Of a DNA stretch of 57,996 bases, positions 28,178 through 36,621 are shown one piece after another (position 1 is the first letter of the stretch; every line of letters begins with the position of its first letter). The notes below the pieces were generated by a model. The model made no database searches. It saw nothing but the letters and a program-made list of their open reading frames with translations, and was not told where the DNA came from. Both the position numbers and the translations under genes were made by a program. The stretch covers positions 1-57,996 of the forward strand of contig DAOTYX010000118.1 in the NCBI GenBank assembly GCA_034434635.1, read 5' to 3'. Origin of the DNA: Anaerolineae bacterium. Its GTDB lineage: Bacteria; Chloroflexota; Anaerolineae; B4-G1; DUEL01.

Positions 28178-29974
28178 CTACTGCTCCTCCGCCCGTTCCC
28201 GCTCATACCGCGCCCGAGGCTCCGCAAGGTAGGCAGGCACAGGCACGTCCCACCAGCCCACCGCTGGGCTGCCGGAGAGGGGGTAATCCCGCTCGACCAT
28301 GACCTCCACGACGGCAGGACGGCCAGAGGCGAAAGCCCGCTCGAGCGCAGGGCGGATTTCATCAGGGGCGGAGATCCGCTCGGCATAACAGCCAAAAGCG
28401 CGGGCCAGCGCGGCGAGATCAGGCGAGATGGGTCTGCCGTCCTTCAGGAACTCGGCGCCCATGGCGCGCTCCTGACCGTAGACCGCCGCTTGCAGGTCGC
28501 GGATGGCGATCCAGCCTGCGTTGTTGGCCACTACGTAGACGACGGGGAGATCGTACTGTACCGCCGTCGCCAGTTCCTGAGCCGTCATCAGGAAATCCCC
28601 GTCCCCCACCAACCCCACCACCTGCCGGTGTGGGACGGCCAGTTTCACACCCAGCGCAGCCGGAACCGCCCAACCCATCGTGCTGAAGCCGCCTGTCGTC
28701 AGGTTGGTCTTCGGTTCGTAGACCATCGCTTCCTGGAACCACTGGGCCTGGGTGTTGCCGGAGGAGGTCAGCACGATAGCGTCCCGGTCGAGGAAAGCGC
28801 GCACCTCGGCGATGAGGCGGGAGATGGTGACAGGGGAATGGTCCGATGTGGCAAGCCCGCGCACGTGGGCCAGCCATTCTTCCCGTAGATGCTGTATCTC
28901 GGCGAAGTAGTCACTCGTCCGATCGTCGCGCGGGGCGGTGTGGGCCTGTAGCCATTCCAGAAGAGCCGCCAGCGCGGCCCTGGCGTCCGCCACGATGCCC
29001 ACCTCCACCGGGTAGTTCTTGCCAATCTCGGCAGGGTCCAGGTCAATGTGGATCAGGCGGGTGGGCGGGATAGCGTAGGTCGCACCCTGGCGATACGAGG
29101 AGGTGGACTCGTCGGCGAAGCGCATCCCCACCGCCAGCAGCACGTCGGCGCGGGAGGTGAGGGCGTTGCCGCAGGTGGTGCCCTTGGACCCGCCGTGCAG
29201 GCCAGAAAGCGGGTGGTCCTCCGGGAAGGCTCCCTTGCCCATCATCGTGGTGACGACCGGCGCGCCGAGGAACTCGGCCAGGGCGCGCAGTTCCTCCCAC
29301 GCCTGGGCAGCGATCACCCCACCACCAGCGACCAGCACCGGACGTCTGGCATCGGCCAGCAGCCGTCCGGCCCGCTCGACGAGGGCCGGGTCGGGCAGGA
29401 CGCGGGCGACTGGCTGGCTGCTGTCCAGGCTTTCGACGTCCACCTCGGCAGCGTCGCACTGGACATCCATGGGCAGGTCAATAGCCACGGGGCCCCGCCG
29501 GCCGGCGAGCATCTCGATGAAAGCCCGTCGGAGGATGCGCGGCAGTTGGTCCACCCGCGTCGCCCGCCAGGTGCGCCTGGTGACCGGCTCGAACAGGCTG
29601 AGGCTGTCCGCATCCCGCTTGCGCTCGATCTCCTGCAGGACGCCCCGCCCCGCCATGTGGGTGTGGCTGTTGCCGGTCAGCACGAGGACGGGGATGGAAT
29701 CCACATAGCAGGAAGCCACACCGATGAGGGTGTTCATCGCGCCGGGGCCGATGGAGGTGAAGACCGCCAGGGGGGTGCCGGTCACGCGATAGTAGCCGTC
29801 GGCCAGATGGACCGCACTCTGTTCGTGTCGCACCTGCAACATCCGAACCCGGCCTTCGTAGCGCAAGAGGGCGTCAACCAGGCCCAGGCACCCATGCCCT
29901 GGGATGCCGACCAGGTAGGGGACCTGATGTCGGATGAGGGACTCCAGGACGATCTCTCCGCCAGTCAGTCTCAT
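28178..29974 (-). CDS. Thiamine-diphosphate-dependent enzyme (acetolactate synthase-like superfamily)
   Basis: VRHEQSA, SIGPGAMN, GDGDFLM...VVANNAG ThDP motif. Confidence 0.9.
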   Translation of the reverse strand: MRLTGGEIVLESLIRHQVPYLVGIPGHGCLGLVDALLRYEGRVRMLQVRHEQSAVHLADGYYRVTGTPLAVFTSIGPGAMNTLIGVASCYVDSIPVLVLTGNSHTHMAGRGVLQEIERKRDADSLSLFEPVTRRTWRATRVDQLPRILRRAFIEMLAGRRGPVAIDLPMDVQCDAAEVDVESLDSSQPVARVLPDPALVERAGRLLADARRPVLVAGGGVIAAQAWEELRALAEFLGAPVVTTMMGKGAFPEDHPLSGLHGGSKGTTCGNALTSRADVLLAVGMRFADESTSSYRQGATYAIPPTRLIHIDLDPAEIGKNYPVEVGIVADARAALAALLEWLQAHTAPRDDRTSDYFAEIQHLREEWLAHVRGLATSDHSPVTISRLIAEVRAFLDRDAIVLTSSGNTQAQWFQEAMVYEPKTNLTTGGFSTMGWAVPAALGVKLAVPHRQVVGLVGDGDFLMTAQELATAVQYDLPVVYVVANNAGWIAIRDLQAAVYGQERAMGAEFLKDGRPISPDLAALARAFGCYAERISAPDEIRPALERAFASGRPAVVEVMVERDYPLSGSPAVGWWDVPVPAYLAEPRARYERERAEEQ

Positions 29975-29986
29975 CAGGGGTCTCCT

Positions 29987-30117
29987 TTTTGCGCCTTTCG
30001 CGCCTTTCGCGTCTTTCGCGTCCTTTCGCGCCTTTCGCGTCTTTCGTGCCCTTTCGCGTCTTTCGTGCCCTTTCGCGCCTTTCGCGTCTTTCGCGTCCTT
30101 TCGCGTCCTTTCGTGGT
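29987..30117. repeat. ~14-unit 9/10-bp tandem array (TTTCGCGTC/TTTCGCGCC)
   Basis: Occupies essentially the whole spacer between the uvrC stop (30118) and the SD of the next gene. Confidence 0.95.
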
Positions 30118-31968
30118 CTATAGCTGCTCTTTGATCGCCTCGGCCAGGGCGCGGGAGATGCCCGGCACGGTGGTCAACTCCTCCACGCTGGCGGCGCGGA
30201 TGCGCTCCAGCGAACCGAAGGCCCGCAGCAACGCCCGCCGACGCACCGGCCCAACGCCGGGGATGCTGTCCAGTTCCGAGGCCATGCTCGCGCGCTCCCG
30301 CCGCATGCGGTGGTGGCTCACCGCGAAGCGGTGGGCCTCGTCGCGGACACGCTGGAGGAGGAACAGCCCCTGCGATCCGGCCGGCAGGCGCACCGGCTCG
30401 GCCTGTTCTGGGAGGTAGATCTCCTCCTCCCGTTTGGCCAGTGCGGCCAGGGGCACCCGCTCGCGCAGGCCGAACGTGTCCAACACCTCCAGCGCGACCC
30501 CCAACTGCCCCTTCCCGCCGTCCACCATCAGCAGGTCGGGCAGCAGGGCCCAGGTCTGCATGCCGCGCGCCCCTTTCGTCTCCCCGGAGGTGGCCGTCCG
30601 CCAGCGCTCGAAGCGGCGCGTCAACACCTCGCGCATGCTGGCCGTGTCATCCGGCCCGCTAACGGTCCGCACGTTGAAGCGCCGGTAGTCGGACTTATGC
30701 GGCACGCCCTGGACGAAGACGACCATGCTGCCGGTCGGCTCGGTGCCCTGGGTGTTGGAGATGTCATAGCACTCGATGCGCGCCGGTCGCGCCGGCAGCC
30801 CCAAAGCGGCCTGCAACTCGTCCAGCGCCTGTTCCTGCTTGTGAGCGTCGCTCTCCCACTGGGCGCGCACCGTGGCCAGCATCTGCACGGCGTTCTCGGT
30901 GGCCATGCGCACCAGTTCCCGCTTGCGTCCACGGCGTGGCACCTGCAGGGTTACCCTGGCCCCGCGCTTGCGGCGCAGCCACTCCTCGATCACCAGCGCC
31001 TCGTCCACGGCGTCGGGGAGGATCACCTCCGGCGGCACGTAGGCGGCCTCCTCGTAGAACTGCTTGACGAAGGCGGCGACCACCGCCCGGTCTTCTTCCT
31101 CTTCGGCCCCTTCCAGCAGGAAGTACTCCCGGCCCAGCAGCCGGCCGCCGCGGATGAAGAAGACCTGGACGCAGGCGTTGCCGTCGTCGCGGGCGAAGGC
31201 GATCACGTCCTGGTCGCTGCCGGCGGCGGCGACGATCTTCTGTCGCTCCACCACCCGCCGCACCGACTGGAGTTGGTCGCGCAGGAGCGCCGCGCGCTCG
31301 AAGTCCAGCCCGTCCGCCGCCACGCGCATGCGCCTCTCCAGGTCGGCGATCACCTCTTCGCTGCGTCCCTCCAGGAAGCGCACCAGGCTGGCGATCATCT
31401 CCCGGTACTCCTCCTGCGTCACTGCGCCGATGCATGGGCCCAGGCAGAGTTTGAGGTCGTAATAGAGACAGGCCCGCCGGTCCTTCCCGCTGATCTCCCG
31501 GTCACAGGTCAGGTAGGGGAAGGAGCGGCGCAACAGGCTGAGCGTCTGGTGGACCGCGCCGGCGGAGGTGTACGGCCCGAAGTAGCGGTTGCCATCCCGC
31601 TCCACGCGCCGCGTCACCAGGACACGCGGGAAGGGCTCGGCCCAGGTGACTTTGATGTAGGGGTAGCGCTTATCGTCGCGCAGGCGGACGTTGAAGCGGG
31701 GGCGATGGGTCTTGATGAGGTTGGCCTCGAGGATCAGCGCCTCCAGTTCGCTGTCGGTGACGATGAACTCCAGGTCGGCGATCTCGCCCACCAACCGCCG
31801 CACCTTGGAGTCCTCCTGGGCAGACGGCGTGAAGTAGGAGCGGACACGGTGGCGCAGGCTGATCGCTTTGCCCACGTAGATGACCCGCCCCTGGGCGTCG
31901 CGCATCAGGTAGACGCCGGGGAGGGCGGGAAGGGACTGCAGCGTGGCTTCGATCGGCTCAGGGATCAT
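30118..31968 (-). CDS. uvrC: Excinuclease ABC subunit C
   Basis: GIY-YIG (GVYLM, IYVGKA), UVR domain, IECYDISN, VDGGKGQL, RDEAHRFA, HhH. Confidence 0.99.
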   Translation of the reverse strand: MIPEPIEATLQSLPALPGVYLMRDAQGRVIYVGKAISLRHRVRSYFTPSAQEDSKVRRLVGEIADLEFIVTDSELEALILEANLIKTHRPRFNVRLRDDKRYPYIKVTWAEPFPRVLVTRRVERDGNRYFGPYTSAGAVHQTLSLLRRSFPYLTCDREISGKDRRACLYYDLKLCLGPCIGAVTQEEYREMIASLVRFLEGRSEEVIADLERRMRVAADGLDFERAALLRDQLQSVRRVVERQKIVAAAGSDQDVIAFARDDGNACVQVFFIRGGRLLGREYFLLEGAEEEEDRAVVAAFVKQFYEEAAYVPPEVILPDAVDEALVIEEWLRRKRGARVTLQVPRRGRKRELVRMATENAVQMLATVRAQWESDAHKQEQALDELQAALGLPARPARIECYDISNTQGTEPTGSMVVFVQGVPHKSDYRRFNVRTVSGPDDTASMREVLTRRFERWRTATSGETKGARGMQTWALLPDLLMVDGGKGQLGVALEVLDTFGLRERVPLAALAKREEEIYLPEQAEPVRLPAGSQGLFLLQRVRDEAHRFAVSHHRMRRERASMASELDSIPGVGPVRRRALLRAFGSLERIRAASVEELTTVPGISRALAEAIKEQL

Positions 31969-31981
31969 CAGCGCTCACCCC

Positions 31982-32036
31982 AGAGACGGGGAGGCGCGGG
32001 GACGGCGAGACGCGGAGATTCCGCCGTCCCCGCGTC
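31982..32036. repeat. Octamer-period repeat/hairpin (GGAGACGC-like); inverted partner at ~32414-32437
   Basis: agagacgg ggaggcgc ggggacgg cgagacgc ggagattc; gagacgcggaga is the reverse complement of tctccgcgtctc at ~32414. Confidence 0.55.
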
Positions 32037-32085
32037 GAGGCGAGGTTGGCTCAGGACAGGCGGGGAAACGACACAAGGTGAGACG

Positions 32086-32283
32086 TCAGAACTGAAAACC
32101 GCCGGACTGTGAGATGTAATAGCCGGCAACGGCAATCACGGTCGCGCAGCAACAGCATAAGATGAGCACGCCGATGACGATGCCGATGATCAGGCCGGTT
32201 TTGCTCTTCTTCTCCTGGGCGGGCAGCGCTTCAATCGGCTGCCCCTCTGAACCGTAAGAAGGTGGTGTGTATGCCTCTCCCAT
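32086..32283 (-). CDS. Small single-pass membrane protein with Cys4 tract, 65 aa
   Basis: MGEAYTPP...KKSKTGLIIGIVIGVLILCCCCATVIAVAGYY; ATG 32283 preceded by AGGAGAACAGGAAA. Confidence 0.75.
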   Translation of the reverse strand: MGEAYTPPSYGSEGQPIEALPAQEKKSKTGLIIGIVIGVLILCCCCATVIAVAGYYISQSGGFQF

Positions 32284-32434
32284 TTTCCTGTTCTCCTGTT
32301 TGGTCTGGGTTTTACCCGCACCGCGAAGCGGTGTCAAGGGTCCTGATACAGAGACCTGGCCGGGAGTCATAGACCTTGGCGGACGCAACCCGGCGGACTC
32401 CCAGGCGCGGATTTCTCCGCGTCTCCGTCTCTCC

Positions 32435-32695
32435 TCACCGCCCCCACACTGCCATCAGGCCCGACAGCAGTTGTGTCAGCGCCAGGATCAGCCCCACCCC
32501 GGCCACGGCCAGTGCGGCGATGATCTGCCAGCCCCAACGGCCCGTCCGTCGAACCACCAGCCAGGACAGCCCCAAGGCCGCCAGGCTGCCCAGCCCCGGC
32601 AGCAGCGGGACGCAGGGCATCAACCCCAGGCTGGTCAGAGCCAGTCCCAGAGCGAAGAGGGCCGGGTTGGGCTGGCGAAGCCTAATAGTTGCCAC
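32435..32695 (-). CDS. Small hypothetical membrane protein, 86 aa
   Basis: Hydrophobic, about 3 TM; overlaps the DUF4190 stop by 14 nt; GTG start with poorly spaced SD. Confidence 0.5.
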   Translation of the reverse strand: MATIRLRQPNPALFALGLALTSLGLMPCVPLLPGLGSLAALGLSWLVVRRTGRWGWQIIAALAVAGVGLILALTQLLSGLMAVWGR

Positions 32696-33038
32696 TCCCC
32701 TGCAGGAACGGAACCGAGCAGAGGCTGCAGGCTGTCAACCCGCCGAAACCCAGCACTGGCAGGATCACGCCAACCAGCAGGGCAATGCAGCCGCTCAGGA
32801 GCAACAGGCCCAGGGTGATCCAGCCGATGATGATCCCGGCCTTGGCCATCCCTTCGCCGCCGAGCATCCCCTGGCTCTGGCGAATGTCATTCATAGCCTT
32901 GTAACCGAAGATAAGTCCCAGGATTGGCCCCAACACCGGGACAACCTGTACCAGCCCCAGCAGGCTGAGCACCAGCGAGGCGATCGCCATCCCGCTAGTC
33001 GGGCGGGCCGGTGGGTATGCATACGGCGTTTGTGACAT
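32682..33038 (-). CDS. DUF4190-domain membrane protein
   Basis: TSGMAIASLVLSLLG...GLIFGYKAMNDI...GEGMAKAGIIIGWI. Confidence 0.85.
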   Translation of the reverse strand: MSQTPYAYPPARPTSGMAIASLVLSLLGLVQVVPVLGPILGLIFGYKAMNDIRQSQGMLGGEGMAKAGIIIGWITLGLLLLSGCIALLVGVILPVLGFGGLTACSLCSVPFLQGSGNY

Positions 33039-33049
33039 GATGGGCTCCT

Positions 33050-33778
33050 TTACAGTAGATGTGCACCCAACTCGCTATCCTGCCGGCCAACCTGCCCCAG
33101 CAGGTGACCCTGTACCAGCATCGTCCACACCGAAATCGGCAGCGACGCCAGGCTCAGTCCCGCGCCGATCAGCCAGCCGATGAAGGGAATCCAGCCGATC
33201 ATCCCGCCCACCGCGCTCACGACCAGACCAGCGGCGAGGCTGAGGCCGAAGATGATGAGCAGGATGAGGATGATCTGCCCGATATTGCGAATCAGGAGTC
33301 GAAGCACGTCCCCCACGCGCAGGCAGGCGCCGAGGCTGCCATGGGCGGCGTACTGCAGGAGCAACGCCGGCGTCACCAGCGACAGCAGGAGTGCGTATAA
33401 CACCAACAGGCAGACCCCACCGGCGCTGAGCAGCCCCGCCAGGCCGGTCAGCATCCCCTGCACGTCCTGGTTCTGCCCACCCAACACAGGCAGCAGCCAG
33501 ACCAGACCGACGGGGCAGGCCAGGATAATGGCTGGCAGGGCGTAGATCACGCCAGCGAGCCACACCATCAGCCCGTCCACGAAGTTCCGCCCCAGGTCGC
33601 TCCATTCCGGCAGCGGCCTCGGCTGGCCAGCCATCACGTTGCGGACGGTGGCGATGACGTAGCCCGAGATGGCCAGCGGGCCAAAGAACGGAATCAGCAA
33701 GATCAGCGCCCCCAGGAGTATCTTGCTGATCCAATTCTCATCCTCGAACACGAAACTGATCGCTCGACCGATGTCCAT
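33050..33778 (-). CDS. DUF4013-domain membrane protein
   Basis: MDIGRAISFVFEDENWISKILLG...GYVIATVRNV...LPEWSD. Confidence 0.85.
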   Translation of the reverse strand: MDIGRAISFVFEDENWISKILLGALILLIPFFGPLAISGYVIATVRNVMAGQPRPLPEWSDLGRNFVDGLMVWLAGVIYALPAIILACPVGLVWLLPVLGGQNQDVQGMLTGLAGLLSAGGVCLLVLYALLLSLVTPALLLQYAAHGSLGACLRVGDVLRLLIRNIGQIILILLIIFGLSLAAGLVVSAVGGMIGWIPFIGWLIGAGLSLASLPISVWTMLVQGHLLGQVGRQDSELGAHLL

Positions 33779-33826
33779 AAGGCAGTCTCCTTCGGCACAG
33801 ACACTCCGTCAGACTTCACCCAAACC

Positions 33827-33888
33827 TGACCACTGACGACAGACCGCTGGTCACGCCTCGGCGATCGTCCGCCATCAATCGTCAGCGA
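33827..33888. repeat. Degenerate heptamer repeats in opposite orientations
   Basis: tgaccac tgacgac agaccgc tggtcac ... atcgtcc gccatca atcgtca. Confidence 0.45.
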
Positions 33889-34464
33889 TCATGAGGCTCG
33901 CCGCCGATGTCGCCGGTAGAGCACCCACCAGGTGATGAACGCAGCGATGAGCAGAAGCAGCGCCAGCACCAGATAGGGAGCAATCACCGAGAGAAAAGAG
34001 AGAATCGTGGAGATGATGTCCTCAATGGCACTGACGACAGGTGTGCCGGCGCCGCCAGTGGCCGCGGCCAGCACCGGCCGTCCGCCCGACTTCGCCACGT
34101 GCACCCCGCCGGCCAGGATGACGCCGCAGATGGCGGCCAACACCGGGTGCAGGCCGATGGCCCGCGTGCTGGCGGCGAAGAGGATCGCCCCCGCCGCCGG
34201 GCGGATGACGGTGTGGATGATATTGTTCACCGTGTCGGCTGCGGGCACCTTGTCCACCAGGATCTCGACAATCAACAGCACCGCCAACACGCCGATCGTC
34301 CACCAACTGCTCAGCCAGGTCCACGGCCCCTGCAGGTCAATCAGACCGTTCGTCAGCCGGTCCACCAGGGCGATGACCAGCAGCGGGATGTAGGCGTTCA
34401 GCCCGGCCGACGTGGATAGGCCAAAGGCCATGGAAAGGCTCAGGAACGCCTGTACGACCTGCAT
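33889..34464 (-). CDS. DUF4126-domain membrane protein
   Basis: GLSTSAGLNAYIPLL, EILVDKVPAAD, RPAAGAILF, VSAIEDI. Confidence 0.88.
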   Translation of the reverse strand: MQVVQAFLSLSMAFGLSTSAGLNAYIPLLVIALVDRLTNGLIDLQGPWTWLSSWWTIGVLAVLLIVEILVDKVPAADTVNNIIHTVIRPAAGAILFAASTRAIGLHPVLAAICGVILAGGVHVAKSGGRPVLAAATGGAGTPVVSAIEDIISTILSFLSVIAPYLVLALLLLIAAFITWWVLYRRHRRRAS

Positions 34465-34497
34465 ATCTTACCCTCCGTCGCGGAATGGGACGACTCC

Positions 34498-34503
34498 ATT
34501 ATA
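34498..34503 (-). promoter_or_regulatory. -10 element (TATAAT) for the DUF4126 operon
   Basis: Minus-strand GGCTATAATGG about 35 nt upstream of ATG 34464. Confidence 0.55.
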
Positions 34504-34540
34504 GCCGAACTGCGCCAGGTGGCAACTGCAGACCCGTGGC

Positions 34541-34645
34541 GGGTGTTTCCCAAAACTGTCGGGTGGGCCAGGCCGTAAATTTGTGGGACAACTGCGAGCA
34601 GTTGTCCCACAAAATGACCAGCCCGACGAAATTGGGACACACCCC
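34541..34645. repeat. REP-like nested palindrome, copy B (GTGG variant)
   Basis: Core tttgtgggacaactgc-ga-gcagttgtcccacaaa (34580-34613); outer arms gggtgtttcccaa...ttgggacacaccc. Confidence 0.9.
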
Positions 34646-34673
34646 CCGTGACCATGACCGGTACGCAGACAGG

Positions 34674-34701
34674 TTGCGGCGTCGCCGCCCCGTGCTATAA
34701 T
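34674..34701 (+). promoter_or_regulatory. Sigma70 promoter with extended -10; probable leaderless transcript
   Basis: TTGCGG, 16 bp spacer, TGcTATAAT; GTG start 8 nt after the -10 with no SD. Confidence 0.7.
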
Positions 34702-34709
34702 CCACCGGC

Positions 34710-34907
34710 GTGATCACCAAACGACAACTGGGGATCTTCCTGGCGTTGGTGGGCCTGCTCGGCGCGATCGGCGTGGTCGCGGTGGACCTGCTGGGCGCAG
34801 GCGAATGGAGCGGCTTCGGGCCGCTGCAGCGACTGGGAGTGGGGGCAGGGGTTGGACTGATCGCCGTAGGTATCGCCCTCATCGCTGTAGGGAACCGTCC
34901 GGCATGA
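34710..34907 (+). CDS. Small two-TM membrane protein, 65 aa
   Basis: MITKRQLGIFLALVG...GEWSGFGPLQRLG...; stop overlaps the next ATG (ATGA). Confidence 0.75.
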   Translation: MITKRQLGIFLALVGLLGAIGVVAVDLLGAGEWSGFGPLQRLGVGAGVGLIAVGIALIAVGNRPA

Positions 34908-36529
34908 CCGTGTGCTCTGTGAGCGAGACCCCCGCGCCGCCGAAGTCGGGCCCCCGACTCCTGAAGGGAGTGGCGGCAACCCTCATCGTGTTGGCGCTCA
35001 TCGCCTTCATCGGCTATCTGGCCATTTATACCACCTACGCCGCAGCGTTGTTCCGCTGGCCGTACGACTACGACCAGGGAGAGGGGTTCGAACTGTACGA
35101 CGCCATCCTCTACCGCCAGGGGGAGTGGCCCTACCGCGACAACGACATTTTCCCCTACTACGCCTCCAACTACCCGCCGCTGTTCCACCTGCTGATCGTC
35201 CCGCTGCTCCCGCTCTTCGGGGAGCGGCTGGTTGCCGGACGGGTGCTCTCCTTCGTCGCCACGCTGGTCACTGCCGCGGCGATCGGGTTGGCGGTGAAGA
35301 GGGACGCGATGGAATCACGCCTCCGCAGGGCGTGGGTGACGCCAGCGCTGTGCGGGCTGGCCTACCTGGCGGCGAACATCATCTACCAGATCGGCCCGCT
35401 CTGCCGGCTCCATCCGACGATGGTGATGTTCGAGACGCTGGCGGTGACCACCATTGCCGGCTTCCAGCACCCCCGCCATGGCCGACGGAACCTGCTGCTG
35501 GGGCTGTTCTTCCTCCTCTGCGCCGGTTACACCAAACAACTCGCTGTCTTCACCGTCGCTGCGGCCCTCGGCTTCGTCTTCCTGCGGGATGTCAGGAAGG
35601 GTCTGCTGGCCGGCCTGGGACTGGCGCTGGTGGCCGGGGTGTTGTTCCTCCTCATTGACCGCGCCACTGCCGGCCAATGGATGCTCAACGTCATTCACGC
35701 CAACGTCAACGAGTTCGGTTACCTTCAGACCCTGGCCCTGCTACGCCAGTGGTTCGTCCTGCATCCGGTGTTGATTCTCCTCTCGACCGGGCTACTGGCC
35801 TACGAGTTATTCTGGGGCCGCCTCTCGGTCTACGCATTGTGGTTCGTCGCGGCGGTGGGGATGGGGCTGTTGAGCGGCAAGTGGGGGGCCGGGCCGGGCT
35901 ACTTCAGCACCTCCATCGCCGCCGCCTGCATCATGAGCGGGCGAGCGCTGGCTCACCTGGAGACGCTCCTGGCCCGCCGCTGGCCGCAGGTCGGCGCGAC
36001 CGTCGCCTCGCTGCTGGCCGCGCTGGCCTTCCTGGCGCAGGCCGTCTTCAACCTGCACATGCCAACCGCCGGGCCGGTCTTCGGCCCGCTGGCCCGCATC
36101 CTGGGCGTGGCCGACCGGACGGTGCAGGGGGACTGCACGACCTTCGCCTACACCGACAGCGGCGGCTACACGCAACTGGGCCATCTCCTGACCCCGGAGG
36201 ACTACGCCGCCGGGGAGCGCATCATGCAGTACGTCCGCGCCGCCGACGGCCCGGTCTTCAGCGAGGAGGCGGCCTTTACCCTGCTTGCGGGCAAGCCGGT
36301 GGTGACCAATCCCACGCAACTGCTCAACCTGTACCACAATGGCCTGCTCGACACTTCCGACCTGGTGGCGCGCATCAACCGTCAGGAGTTCGGCCTGGTC
36401 ATCTTCCGCGCCCAGTTCTACCCCCAACCGGTGCTGGAGGCGATCGGCCAGAACTACCGGCCCGTGGAGCACATCTGCATGAACGGCTTCTACTACCACA
36501 TCCTGCTGCCGGATCGGTTGCTGGAGTGA
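34904..36529 (+). CDS. GT-C-fold membrane glycosyltransferase, ~541 aa
   Basis: PYDYDQGEGFEL, SNYPPLF, YTKQ motifs; many TM; ATG 34904 coupled to the small upstream gene. Confidence 0.8.
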   Translation: MTVCSVSETPAPPKSGPRLLKGVAATLIVLALIAFIGYLAIYTTYAAALFRWPYDYDQGEGFELYDAILYRQGEWPYRDNDIFPYYASNYPPLFHLLIVPLLPLFGERLVAGRVLSFVATLVTAAAIGLAVKRDAMESRLRRAWVTPALCGLAYLAANIIYQIGPLCRLHPTMVMFETLAVTTIAGFQHPRHGRRNLLLGLFFLLCAGYTKQLAVFTVAAALGFVFLRDVRKGLLAGLGLALVAGVLFLLIDRATAGQWMLNVIHANVNEFGYLQTLALLRQWFVLHPVLILLSTGLLAYELFWGRLSVYALWFVAAVGMGLLSGKWGAGPGYFSTSIAAACIMSGRALAHLETLLARRWPQVGATVASLLAALAFLAQAVFNLHMPTAGPVFGPLARILGVADRTVQGDCTTFAYTDSGGYTQLGHLLTPEDYAAGERIMQYVRAADGPVFSEEAAFTLLAGKPVVTNPTQLLNLYHNGLLDTSDLVARINRQEFGLVIFRAQFYPQPVLEAIGQNYRPVEHICMNGFYYHILLPDRLLE

Positions 36530-36604
36530 CGACGGACGACGGACCACGCAACACGTAACACGTAAAACGTAACACGTAACACGTAAAACGTAAAACGTAA
36601 AACG
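36528..36604. repeat. Eleven-unit heptamer array drifting GACGACG to TAAAACG
   Basis: GACGACG GACGACG GACCACG CAACACG TAACACG TAAAACG TAACACG TAACACG TAAAACG TAAAACG TAAAACG, starting within the stop codon. Confidence 0.92.
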
Positions 36605-36621
36605 CCCTATTGGTGAGTGGC

